The notes under the pieces are model-generated. The model had not been told where the DNA came from, did not search any database, and saw nothing but the letters and a program-made list of their open reading frames with translations. A stretch of 64,000 nt of DNA from a virus: IMG/VR virus record IMGVR_UViG_3300009506_000003, positions 32,001 to 96,000 of that record, one strand, 5' to 3'. Shown piece after piece: positions 17,499 to 26,702 of this stretch (position 1 is its first letter; each line of letters begins with the position of its first letter). Made by a program: the position numbers and the translations under genes.

Positions 17499-20491
17499 TC
17501 AAAGGGCATCTCCGGTTCGTCATCAATGTCACTGTAATCGAAATCGGCATCGGTTGTCGTTATCCGATCAGTGGCAATGTCTCTTTGGTCCAGAATGGCC
17601 GCACGAGTACGTGAGGGACGCGGCAAGTCGTTGACCACGTTTCTCGATGCAGACATGACCGCTCCACCGTAAGAGGCAGTCTCTTCGTTGGTGGCGAAGA
17701 ACTCGACCACCTTTCCCTGCTGCAGGAGCTCCATCGCCCTGTCGTACTTTCGCTCCCGTAGAGCGTCCAAAAAGCTGTCTACTGCAACGACGTCGGGCGC
17801 CTCATACCCAGACAGGATGCTCGCCAGGTCATCGGCGGCGTTGGGTATCTGGTATTCGTACTCGTTGGTCCTGCTGTAGTTGGTGGTCAAGATCGACAGC
17901 AGGTCTCCAACCATTCTTCGTGCTTGGTTCCGAGACGCAAGGAAGTTCCTGCCCGGTAGCACAGCCAGCGTCACTGCGTTGCTGATGGCATCGATACCCT
18001 CGTCGAACTTGTTCTTGCGAAGCAGGTTCGGGGAGGACACAAACGTCTTGAGTCGCGCATTCAGCGCTTCGTACGACTTGGCCGCCGCACTCTTGATCTC
18101 AAATCCAGCATGCTCGACGTTGGAGGGGACACCAGTCTCTAAGATCAACCTGGTGGAATCCTGTACCTCTTCGATGACGTACTCAGTGGGGTTTCCCACC
18201 ACTCTCAGCAAGTCGGTAGGAACCACGCCTTTGAACTGCAGCTTCGACCCGAGCTTGTCTACCGCCTCAAACTGAGGAATCGAGCTGTAGACGACCCCCG
18301 AGGGAAGACCGAGCTCAGAAGGAGAAGAGGTCACTTCAAGAGAGGTTCCTGGCCCGGAGTCCGTCAAGGAGATCTTCACCTGCTCCCGGAAGATCCGAAA
18401 CGGAATGTTCTCCAGTTTGGAAGGGAAAGCCCCCTCTTCCACCTCAACTACCTCAGAGCTGATCACGGAAGTGATATGGTAGAGGCCTGCCCACGGACCT
18501 GACAGCAACTCTACCTGGTCTCCAGGCTGAACTCCGGCTTCCACGACATCCTCCCCCACCAACGCAATCCTGGAGACGGCTGTGGAGGTCTGAGCGCTGT
18601 TCCCGATCAGGAGCTCAGTGGTCACTACCTCACCCACGAGCCCAGAGATCGAACCTATCCTGCCAGCAAGCTCGGAAGCGGAGAGCGTGTCTGCGTCGTC
18701 GGTGTCGCCCTCGTAGAACCCCAGAACGATGTGAGCTGATGCTTCAACTAGGCCTGCAGAGCCCACTGGATCTGGGATGTTCAGAAACCGTCCTGTGATT
18801 TGGGCGAAAGGGTTCACCCTAGACCTGATGCGCAAGGCTATCTTCCCGTTGAACGTCGTTGGGAAGAGGTGCCAGTTCAAAGTGGCTCCGGGATTTGTTG
18901 CAGGGAACGGACCGGTCTCCGCCTCGATGTCTCCAACAATAGCGCTGGCGCTCCTGACACCCAAGCTGAGCTCGGCTGTCTTGACCGCCGGCCCCACTTG
19001 CACTCTGTGACCTGCCGCCGGGGCGTTGGTCAAAGCAGGCAGCACGTCAAACACTGCGTTTGATATGTTGCCGTATAGTGTAGGGGAGCCCCCAAACGAA
19101 GGTGTCATCCCACGAGGGTCGATAGTGGCGTAGTCGGAGCTCTCCACCGAAAGGATCTCGAACCTGTTGCCTGCGCCGTCTTTGATGTACCCGCCCACGT
19201 GGTCCGAAGTGAACCCAACAGCTAGCTGACCCCCTGCTCCCCATGTGGGGCAATAGACCTGACTCGTAGCAGGCACCCAAGACCCCGCCAGTAGGTACTG
19301 CAGCAGGTACAAGTCGGTGATGAATCTCCCCTGAAAGTCTGACGGGGCTGTCACCAAAGAGTCTGGGAAAAAGACGGGGCATCCGACATGCTTGAAGCTC
19401 AGCTCGGGCAACGTGGTCACAATGTGAGTCGCAGTAGAAGTGCCCAAAGCAGTGCCGTCGTAGGTGCTTGGATCGACACAGACGTGCAGGTACTTGTTGT
19501 CGGTCGTGATGGGAAATGATTCCGGCGCGCGGCCCGCGATGAATGACCCTATGATGCCTGCCAAATCCAAAGAGGATGGGGATCCTCCGCTGACGGAGAT
19601 GTCCAAAGACCCAGAGACGGGAAACTTCCACGGGGCCGGACCTGTCAAAACCGACGCAGGAGTACCCGTACCAACTACCCTACCATAGTGCTTCATGGTG
19701 GAGGGGATAGGACGAGTAGGCCCTCGGAACTTGAACTCCGATGGGTCCTTGAAGGTGCCCAAGAGCTTCACAGCCACCTTGTTCGCCAGGGTCTGCAAGA
19801 AGAGGTCCCTGCTACCCTCCAGGTTTTCCGTATCGGTGGAGTCGGCCACCTGGTCTGAGGCATCTTTGAGACGCTGGCTGATTGAGGCCAGTACGGAGCT
19901 CGACACTCTCGACGGGATGTCCAACGAGAGAAAGCTGGTGAGAACGTCCTTCAAAGCCGTAGTCTGAGACAGGAGTCGAGCATGGACCGCGGTCAGCGTC
20001 TGCAGGTTCTTCTGGATGACCGTCCGAGCCTCCTCTCGAGGACGGACCATGATGTTCCCTCGCTCCCTGGAGACGACGTTCTTCTTCACCTTGGCGGCGA
20101 AAATGTCCATCTGGCGGATGAACCGCTCGGTCTCTGGTCTGTCTGACACGGAGGAGGCCGCGTCCAAGGATAGGATGGTTGTGCGCGCGTTGTTGAGAGT
20201 GGTCTCGTCCCGAATCGGGGAGCCTATTTTGCCCAAGTCCTCGAGCAGGACCATGATGTCTTCGAGGATCCTCACCTCCTCGTTGGTGATCGAGTTCAGG
20301 CGATTCCGAGCCATCTTGGCCAGGTAGAACACCGAATCCGTACTGAAGAGGAACGTGGTAGAGGCGAGCTCGAGGAGCTGATTGTACTCGGTCTGGGTGT
20401 TGAGCGTGCCACCTTCGACGCCAGGATTGATGCCGGCTCGAAAGAGCTTGGAGACTTCATTGAGGAGGTCTGCGTTGGTGTACTCTGCCAT
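17495..20491 (-). CDS. Large virion structural protein (helical termini, beta-repeat core)
   Basis: Start moved to ATG 20491 (TGATG overlap); contains the GVQPGDQVELLSGPWAGLYHI repeat shared with the baseplate proteins. Confidence 0.65.
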   Translation of the reverse strand: MAEYTNADLLNEVSKLFRAGINPGVEGGTLNTQTEYNQLLELASTTFLFSTDSVFYLAKMARNRLNSITNEEVRILEDIMVLLEDLGKIGSPIRDETTLNNARTTILSLDAASSVSDRPETERFIRQMDIFAAKVKKNVVSRERGNIMVRPREEARTVIQKNLQTLTAVHARLLSQTTALKDVLTSFLSLDIPSRVSSSVLASISQRLKDASDQVADSTDTENLEGSRDLFLQTLANKVAVKLLGTFKDPSEFKFRGPTRPIPSTMKHYGRVVGTGTPASVLTGPAPWKFPVSGSLDISVSGGSPSSLDLAGIIGSFIAGRAPESFPITTDNKYLHVCVDPSTYDGTALGTSTATHIVTTLPELSFKHVGCPVFFPDSLVTAPSDFQGRFITDLYLLQYLLAGSWVPATSQVYCPTWGAGGQLAVGFTSDHVGGYIKDGAGNRFEILSVESSDYATIDPRGMTPSFGGSPTLYGNISNAVFDVLPALTNAPAAGHRVQVGPAVKTAELSLGVRSASAIVGDIEAETGPFPATNPGATLNWHLFPTTFNGKIALRIRSRVNPFAQITGRFLNIPDPVGSAGLVEASAHIVLGFYEGDTDDADTLSASELAGRIGSISGLVGEVVTTELLIGNSAQTSTAVSRIALVGEDVVEAGVQPGDQVELLSGPWAGLYHITSVISSEVVEVEEGAFPSKLENIPFRIFREQVKISLTDSGPGTSLEVTSSPSELGLPSGVVYSSIPQFEAVDKLGSKLQFKGVVPTDLLRVVGNPTEYVIEEVQDSTRLILETGVPSNVEHAGFEIKSAAAKSYEALNARLKTFVSSPNLLRKNKFDEGIDAISNAVTLAVLPGRNFLASRNQARRMVGDLLSILTTNYSRTNEYEYQIPNAADDLASILSGYEAPDVVAVDSFLDALRERKYDRAMELLQQGKVVEFFATNEETASYGGAVMSASRNVVNDLPRPSRTRAAILDQRDIATDRITTTDADFDYSDIDDEPEMPFE

Positions 20492-20982
20492 CACATAGCC
20501 GCCGCGACTTGCCACTGAACCATCGGTATCGATGAGCTCAGGAACGTTTCCCTACTGATAACACGAGGTCGGAACTTCTCGCGATGCTCTTCGTTGAACC
20601 GGTAGAGAGGCAAGAACGGCGTGGCAAAGTTGGATGTCTTCCACTTCTCCGTGTTTTCTACGGTCACCTTCACGATGTCGTAGACAAAGTCTTCTCGGAA
20701 TTGGGTCGTCTCCATCTTCTTGATGTCCGAGCGCGTTAGCTTGGTGGTGAGCCTGCGGAGATAGTCAGGGTTCCAACCAAACAGATCGCAGACTTCCTCA
20801 AAGCTCACTCCGTTCTCATAGCGTAGCCCCTCCGTGAAGATGTACTGGAACGACTTCTTCCACTCGATGGACCGAGACCTGACACCCTTGTAGAGCACGT
20901 AGTCGAACACGGCCCTGCGGAGGACGGCTGCCCAGAGCATCTTGTCGCCAAATGGCAGCTCGTTCTTGTTCGCCCAAGTCAT
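20491..20982 (-). CDS. Hypothetical protein (LWAAVL.RA..DY...SF..VC..FG.NPDYLR type)
   Basis: 163 aa, translationally coupled at both ends; function unknown. Confidence 0.7.
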   Translation of the reverse strand: MTWANKNELPFGDKMLWAAVLRRAVFDYVLYKGVRSRSIEWKKSFQYIFTEGLRYENGVSFEEVCDLFGWNPDYLRRLTTKLTRSDIKKMETTQFREDFVYDIVKVTVENTEKWKTSNFATPFLPLYRFNEEHREKFRPRVISRETFLSSSIPMVQWQVAAAM

Positions 20983-22265
20983 CAGCTCACCGTGATTACG
21001 GGAGCCGATGGTAGCACCTGAAGGTCTGCCAGCTCCGGGCTGTAGGGTGGGACCGTTCCAGTTTTCCGGGTAACGGAAAGATTGGCCACCCCTGCTGAGA
21101 GTCCAGTCACCACCAGGTTGCCGTCTTCCACCAGAATCTCAGCTACAGAGTCGTCGTCGAGCTCGAAGGTGAGCATTCCGCCCAGGATGAGCTGGCTGGC
21201 TTCCAGGAGGTTCGAAGTATAGATCGTCAGTCCCACTGTCGTCGTCCCGTCCACGGCCACAGCTATGGCGGCCGTGTCAAACACGATGGCTTCGACGTAC
21301 GGGTAGAGGACTTTCTCGATTTCGATGCCGGCCACATCAGGAACGTAGATGGCAGCCAGCAACAGGTTGTCAGGGGCGTCCATCCCCTGAATGTAGACGT
21401 CGAAGACGCCCTTCCTGGGAAGGTCGAAGTTCACGTACCCGTCCTTGTCCGTATTGACTCTACGCTCCGACGCGATGATACGGCCTCCCACCACAGAAGG
21501 CTGACCGCTATAGGGTGCGCCTCCAAGCGGGTACGGGTAGTCCGGGTATCCTTCCCTCGGGTGAAAGATGAGGGAGAGGTTCTTGATGGGGCGCTTGGAC
21601 GGATCGGTGAAGTACCCGGACAGCCTGCACATGTCGGGGTCAGGAGAGACCTCTGCCGTGGGCTGCTCCACCGCTACGAAATCGAAGGTGTTGGTTTCAG
21701 GAGGGGCCACAGGGTCCAGCACTGCTACGGTCTGCGTTGCCCCGTTCTGGATGAGATACCCCGTTGGGGGCACCAGGCGCACGATGTAGGCCTTTCCAGG
21801 ACTGGCTGCTCCCTCGAGAAGCAAGGAGGCTTCTCCTGCTGCGTCGGTGTCGAGCTCGGTGAGGTAGATGTCCGACTCGTCGAACAGGCGTACCTTGACG
21901 TTCTCCAAGGGCTGTGGGGCAGGCTGATCGTCCTTGACGGAGAAGATCACCACCACGTCGTCCAGGCCGGCATGAGCCACAAACTGGAACAGATTTGACG
22001 GCGCTGGTGGGTCATGCACCGTGATGGACTTCTGAGGCGCCGGCGGGAAGGACACTCCGCTCTTGGAGAGGAAGAGAGTGTAGGCTACCCCAGCAACGTT
22101 TCCAAAAAGGGTGAAGGCCACCTCGCCAGGTGTCACCGTCCCAGTGATGCCCTCTGTGATGTAGACGTCTGCATCATCATCGAACACCCGCACCAGGACG
22201 TTGTCCACAGGCTGTGGAGACGGCTGGTCGTCAACGACCCGGACTGTGACCGTCACATTTGCCAT
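20982..22265 (-). CDS. Virion protein with tandem transthyretin/carboxypeptidase-regulatory-like domains and a C-terminal Ig-like domain
   Basis: Duplicated V.DDQP.PQP..NV.VR.FD....Y.TE unit. Confidence 0.6.
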   Translation of the reverse strand: MANVTVTVRVVDDQPSPQPVDNVLVRVFDDDADVYITEGITGTVTPGEVAFTLFGNVAGVAYTLFLSKSGVSFPPAPQKSITVHDPPAPSNLFQFVAHAGLDDVVVIFSVKDDQPAPQPLENVKVRLFDESDIYLTELDTDAAGEASLLLEGAASPGKAYIVRLVPPTGYLIQNGATQTVAVLDPVAPPETNTFDFVAVEQPTAEVSPDPDMCRLSGYFTDPSKRPIKNLSLIFHPREGYPDYPYPLGGAPYSGQPSVVGGRIIASERRVNTDKDGYVNFDLPRKGVFDVYIQGMDAPDNLLLAAIYVPDVAGIEIEKVLYPYVEAIVFDTAAIAVAVDGTTTVGLTIYTSNLLEASQLILGGMLTFELDDDSVAEILVEDGNLVVTGLSAGVANLSVTRKTGTVPPYSPELADLQVLPSAPVITVS

Positions 22266-23227
22266 CAGAGCGTCCTACGCAGGGCTGCGGGGAATTGGGT
22301 CTCGACTATCTTGAACGGGTCAGGAGCGGCGCCCAGAAGGCTCAGGAGGTCAAAATCTGGCGCGTCTGGCACCACGAACTCCCGGATGAACGACGTTCCT
22401 TCGAAGATCACTTTCCACCTCGTGCCAATCACCAGCGGTGTCTCCGCATGCCCTGTCGTGTCCGTCACGATGGTGATTGGTCTCCGAGTGAGTGCTATCT
22501 GAAATCCGTCCACAGCGAAAGACTGGTCGACGCCGTAGAAGGTGATCTCCTGCTCGGGCAGGGCTACACCCCGACCGTCTATGAGGTCCACCTTGGCCAC
22601 TGACAAGTTGGCAGGGTCGACAACGGTTCCAGCATCTCCCTGAAACGGAGCGGATGGTGCGCTCTCGAGGTTGTTCGCCGTGTTGAGGTACTGGGCTACG
22701 TAGTAGTAGGTGGACTCGCCATCATCGTCGGTGAAGCTGTAAAGGCTCTGCCCTGCCACCAACTGGATGTGAGCTTCCTCTCCCACATCACGGTCTCCAG
22801 CCACCCATCCGAACTCCACCGCGGCCCCACCACCTACGATCTTCACTTGGGAGGCTAGCCCAGTATCGTTTGACGTCAGGCGGAGAGTGCCTGCATCGTC
22901 GTAGGCTACAGTGTCCCCCACCGCCGAGTTGATCTGGTCAGCCACCTGCTGGGCTGTGAGAGGAGCTCCGGGGGCTGCAGGAACGGGGGGATCCACAAAG
23001 ATGAGGTTGATCTGTGGGTCGCGGTCGATGACGAACTGGAGGGTCTTGCTGACGACGTCGTAGTTGCCTGCACTGGGGGCAACGAGCTCGGCGGCCACCG
23101 GGGTGAGCGCGGTGATTTCCTTGTAGACGCCTGCGACTCCCGTGGTCGAACGCTTGAGCTTGATGACGTTGAAAGAGGCGAGGGCGGACTCGATGTTCCC
23201 TACGTTGATTGTGAGTGTGACCGCCAT
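22265..23227 (-). CDS. Putative virion structural protein
   Basis: 320 aa, beta-rich, SD GGAGG. Confidence 0.6.
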   Translation of the reverse strand: MAVTLTINVGNIESALASFNVIKLKRSTTGVAGVYKEITALTPVAAELVAPSAGNYDVVSKTLQFVIDRDPQINLIFVDPPVPAAPGAPLTAQQVADQINSAVGDTVAYDDAGTLRLTSNDTGLASQVKIVGGGAAVEFGWVAGDRDVGEEAHIQLVAGQSLYSFTDDDGESTYYYVAQYLNTANNLESAPSAPFQGDAGTVVDPANLSVAKVDLIDGRGVALPEQEITFYGVDQSFAVDGFQIALTRRPITIVTDTTGHAETPLVIGTRWKVIFEGTSFIREFVVPDAPDFDLLSLLGAAPDPFKIVETQFPAALRRTL

Positions 23228-23236
23228 ACAGACCTC

Positions 23237-23497
23237 CTACCCTATCTTCGGCTTGTTGCCACCTGAAATCGTTGGAGCTTCTGGCTCTACTGCCACCTGC
23301 TTCCCGCCACCGCCAATGGAAGGTCCTGGGGTAACGCTGCCCGATATGGTCGGACCTTCCTCTGCCACCCTCACACCGCCATCGATGACCGGGCTGAGAG
23401 TCTTTTGACCGACGATGGACGGACCTTCCCCCACTTGAACAATCAGGTCACCGAGCCGAGGGTAGATGTACCCCCGCGTTGCGAGAGCTATCGTCAT
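23237..23497 (-). CDS. Small protein with four P(S/T)IxG repeats
   Basis: EGPSIVG, EGPTISG, PGPSIGG, EAPTISG; ATGA overlap. Confidence 0.65.
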   Translation of the reverse strand: MTIALATRGYIYPRLGDLIVQVGEGPSIVGQKTLSPVIDGGVRVAEEGPTISGSVTPGPSIGGGGKQVAVEPEAPTISGGNKPKIG

Positions 23498-24231
23498 AGG
23501 ATCTGCTTGAGGGTGAACTTCCTCACGATGTTCACCCCGTCATACTCCGTTTCGATCTCGTACTTGTGCAGCAACCCCACTGTCTCGTTTCCTCCTGGCA
23601 TCGTCGGAACATTCGCCGGTGAATCGAACACCCGTAATCTAGCAAATGTGAGCTGAGAGTTGCCATCGTAAACCTGCTCATCGAGGATCGCGTTCCGATG
23701 TAGCAAGCCAAGAACTCGAGTGAGGTCCGTCTTGATGGCACCGAGCTCCACACCAATAGAGACATTGCCGGCAGCGATGGCCCCTGCGATGGCTTCTAGG
23801 CTGTGCAGGGAGCGGTCGTACGTCTGACTCGCGTCCTTGTTGGCCAAGCGGTCCAGCACGCTGCCAATGGTTGGCGGCCATGTCGTAGCGAGAAGGTCGA
23901 GCTTCTGCGCCTGGCTCCGCGCGCCGGCGGCGATGTCTCTGGTGAGCTCGGACACGGACTCGTATCGCGCGAAGCGGATGTCGCCGCTGAAGATGATGTG
24001 AACATGGAGCTCGTAGAATCCGTCTGCACTGGGGGTGAAGACCGTCTTGTACTCGCCAGGGTCTCCTGTGGCGGGGGTGATGGTGACAGGAAGAGCTACT
24101 ACGGCACCGTCTCGGTACACCTTCGAGCTGAAGTCCCCAGGCAAAAGACCAGAGCGTTTCGATATTCCGTCATCCTCAAACGCCGGGAACTGGTCAATGA
24201 CTGGGGCTCCTGTTTCAACCTCACGAGTCAC
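23494..24231 (-). CDS. Hypothetical virion-module protein
   Basis: 245 aa, coupled GTGA/ATGA overlaps. Confidence 0.65.
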   Translation of the reverse strand: MTREVETGAPVIDQFPAFEDDGISKRSGLLPGDFSSKVYRDGAVVALPVTITPATGDPGEYKTVFTPSADGFYELHVHIIFSGDIRFARYESVSELTRDIAAGARSQAQKLDLLATTWPPTIGSVLDRLANKDASQTYDRSLHSLEAIAGAIAAGNVSIGVELGAIKTDLTRVLGLLHRNAILDEQVYDGNSQLTFARLRVFDSPANVPTMPGGNETVGLLHKYEIETEYDGVNIVRKFTLKQIL

Positions 24232-24587
24232 TTCGCTTGATTCACCTTTGCCAGGGCCAGAGTCGTGTCACTCACAAAACCGTCCACGCAGTCCGTCAGG
24301 CTCTGCGAGGTTCGTTGAGCGATGGCTATGGCCTGTTTCACATGCTGTGTTTCCACTCCTCCGTTCCTTGCTGCTGCCTGCCGTATGAGCAACAGCTCGA
24401 GCTTCTCCTCCGTGATGACCCCCTTCTTCACCAAGAACTGCCCCAGCAGCTCCTCGACTTTCAGCTCTTGGAACTCTGAAAGCAGTCCTACGAGCTCGTC
24501 GTGGCGAAGAATCCCTTCTTTCAAAATGAGGTTCCCGAGACTGGTCTCGTCGCGGGAGGCTTGGGCTAGTACCTTGAGAGGCGGCAT
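24228..24587 (-). CDS. MshEN-like (GSPII_N-type) tandem-motif protein, putative c-di-GMP binder
   Basis: Start set at ATG 24587 with SD AGGAG; SLGNLILKEGILRHDELVGLLSEFQ and LLGQFLVKKGVITEEKLELLLIRQ match RLGxxLLxxGLIxxxxLxxxLxxQ except for the Arg. Confidence 0.7.
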   Translation of the reverse strand: MPPLKVLAQASRDETSLGNLILKEGILRHDELVGLLSEFQELKVEELLGQFLVKKGVITEEKLELLLIRQAAARNGGVETQHVKQAIAIAQRTSQSLTDCVDGFVSDTTLALAKVNQAK

Positions 24588-24595
24588 CTGAGCTC

Positions 24596-24856
24596 CTACA
24601 TCTTCTCGATCAGCTTCTCTACGACCGCCTTCAACGATTTGAATGCGTTCGCGTGAGTGAGGTCGGCTTCTATTCTTTTCTCTACGACTCGGAGCATCTC
24701 CTCGTTGACCCCCTTCTGGTCCTGGAGACGTTCGGCGTTGAGCTTCATGATGTGCTTCGCCAACCAGATGATCACCACTGTGTCGAGAGCGCTCAGGCCC
24801 CAACCTCCGTACTGTTGCAGGAGGTCTGCTATGCTTGTAACTGCTTCCATCGTCAC
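24596..24856 (-). CDS. Holin-like small membrane protein (one hydrophobic helix plus coiled coil)
   Basis: LLQQYGGWGLSALDTVVIIWLAK followed by a charged helical tail; possible starts GTG 24856 and ATG 24850. Confidence 0.5.
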   Translation of the reverse strand: MTMEAVTSIADLLQQYGGWGLSALDTVVIIWLAKHIMKLNAERLQDQKGVNEEMLRVVEKRIEADLTHANAFKSLKAVVEKLIEKM

Positions 24857-25252
24857 TCATCTTTTCCACACCACCAGTGGGTGTCCTTGAGGCCAGCTTT
24901 GGGGCCACAACAACCTCCCCAGAGGTACCCCAAGAACTGCCGGAAGAATAGGGAGAACGTCATATAAATCAACAACGTCCAGGACGATGGCAGCCGCAGC
25001 CACAGCAAACAGGATGGCAATGCGAATCCACATCCACTCGATTTTATCACGAGTGACCCAGAAAAGATGCCCCGTCAGAACTCCCCAAGCCAAGGGAATA
25101 GTCGCCCAGTCGAACGACCAGGTCTTGCCCCCAATACAGGATATGGTTGAGCACCCCTTTCCCCAAATGGCGGCAATGATGTCCCAAGCGATGATGACCG
25201 TCAGCGCAACGACCATGAACACCTGAGTAATGAGTGCGATTTTTTCCTTCAT
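24857..25252 (-). CDS. Multi-pass membrane protein (about 4 TM segments), possible holin
   Basis: 131 aa, mostly hydrophobic helices. Confidence 0.65.
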   Translation of the reverse strand: MKEKIALITQVFMVVALTVIIAWDIIAAIWGKGCSTISCIGGKTWSFDWATIPLAWGVLTGHLFWVTRDKIEWMWIRIAILFAVAAAAIVLDVVDLYDVLPILPAVLGVPLGRLLWPQSWPQGHPLVVWKR

Positions 25253-25686
25253 CAGTGTCTCATCCTCAAAGTTGCGTAGACCTCCCTCGTCTCACCTCCG
25301 GCCTCTGCATGGTACTTCAATCGGAACTTGAACCCGGCCGGAAACGACACGGTGCTCTCAGAGATGATTGGGTCAATCTTCCCGCTGGGTGGGATGTAGA
25401 CCGTCTCTCCAAACGTTCCCAGAACGGCACCCTCGTAGGGAGATCCCTCTGGAGCTACGACTTGGAGCTCGATGTAGTCCCCCTTTGCGTTGTTTTTCAC
25501 TTCCACTGCTGCACCCTGCAGCTCTCTGGTCTCAGGAAGCACATGGTCTTCCGGCGTGTCTTGACCCGCAGGAGCGTCGAACTGGAGCCCCTTCACTAGC
25601 ATCTGCCGGCCACTCTTACCGGGGAGTTGAGTGACGTACTGGACACCCTCGTCTGTCTTCGGACAATCTCGGAGGTCTATGCTCAT
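25252..25686 (-). CDS. Hypothetical beta-rich protein
   Basis: 144 aa, coupled overlaps. Confidence 0.65.
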   Translation of the reverse strand: MSIDLRDCPKTDEGVQYVTQLPGKSGRQMLVKGLQFDAPAGQDTPEDHVLPETRELQGAAVEVKNNAKGDYIELQVVAPEGSPYEGAVLGTFGETVYIPPSGKIDPIISESTVSFPAGFKFRLKYHAEAGGETREVYATLRMRH

Positions 25687-26702
25687 GCGCTTTCCACCTC
25701 CTCAACCCCGTAGTGGACAAACGCTCGAGCAGAGGCGAGTCCACTGAGATCGTCCTGGACCACAATCTCCAAAACGTCGTCATCTGTGATGACCACTGAG
25801 GCCAAACCAGGCTTGATCATGAACCCAATCAGGAGAGTGCTGTCGTTGAAAGTGACATCATCTTGGGGATGAAATCTGCCAAACAGGTCTGTGTTGTCTT
25901 TGCTGGTGATGGCCCACAAAACCTCACTCGTGGATAGTCTCCGATGGCGAAGAGTGAGTCCGTTCACCAGCGCCGAGACATTGGCGAAGCTGGTAGAGGT
26001 CCACCCGCCAGAGGCCCCGGAAAGTAGAAGCACGATCATCGAGACGTGTTGCTTCGTGTTGGCTGGGGCATCCACCTGAAAGATGTAGGGTCCACCACCG
26101 GCGCCGGCAGGGTTGATCTCGATGTCGTCCACGTAGAACCGCTCATACTTCGGGCCGTTCGATTGATACTGAATCTGGAGCTGGTCGACCAGTTGGCTTC
26201 CTGGAAGAGCGAAGTCGGATAGTGGAACCGTGATCTTCTGCCACACGTCGAGGTCCCAGTTGGGGACGTAGTTGTCGAGGATGACCAGTGTCCCTACGTT
26301 GGTTCCTCCATTGAACCAACGAAGACGTACCGTTGTTCCGGAGTCTTTCCTCTGAGGGTTTATCCACAAGGAGATCGAGTCGTAAGCCGCCTGGATGTCG
26401 AATGCAGTCCCGGTGACGAACGTCGTGGCATCACCGTTGGTGCGCTCTCCTGTATCCAAGCCGTTGGTGCCGCTATGCGCCGCATCAGTAGACTCCCCGT
26501 CGTTGTCCCCTCCCAGAGTCCAGTCTCCACCCGTGTCTCCTGCTCCAGTGCCGTTCCACACGATCAATGGAGTTCCACCTGGAAGACCATTGATGTTCAT
26601 CAGAGCAGTACCGTCGTCGGTTCTCAAGAACCGTGACTGGCCCAAAGTCCAGCCTGGCGGGGCGCTGAGAGGTATGCCTCCTGCTGATTTTGGAAATCCC
26701 AT
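25683..26702 (-). CDS. Virion protein with a carbohydrate-binding-like module
   Basis: Start moved to ATG 26702 (TAATG overlap); WQKITVPLSDF...QLQIQY...FYVDDIEI is CBM-like; C-terminus resembles that of 26702-27592. Confidence 0.6.
   Translation of the reverse strand: MGFPKSAGGIPLSAPPGWTLGQSRFLRTDDGTALMNINGLPGGTPLIVWNGTGAGDTGGDWTLGGDNDGESTDAAHSGTNGLDTGERTNGDATTFVTGTAFDIQAAYDSISLWINPQRKDSGTTVRLRWFNGGTNVGTLVILDNYVPNWDLDVWQKITVPLSDFALPGSQLVDQLQIQYQSNGPKYERFYVDDIEINPAGAGGGPYIFQVDAPANTKQHVSMIVLLLSGASGGWTSTSFANVSALVNGLTLRHRRLSTSEVLWAITSKDNTDLFGRFHPQDDVTFNDSTLLIGFMIKPGLASVVITDDDVLEIVVQDDLSGLASARAFVHYGVEEVESA

Noticed and set aside
24588-24908. N-terminal extension of the 226-aa ORF 24228-24908
   Set aside because: It overlaps two better membrane-protein genes; an SD-supported ATG at 24587 gives a clean gene.
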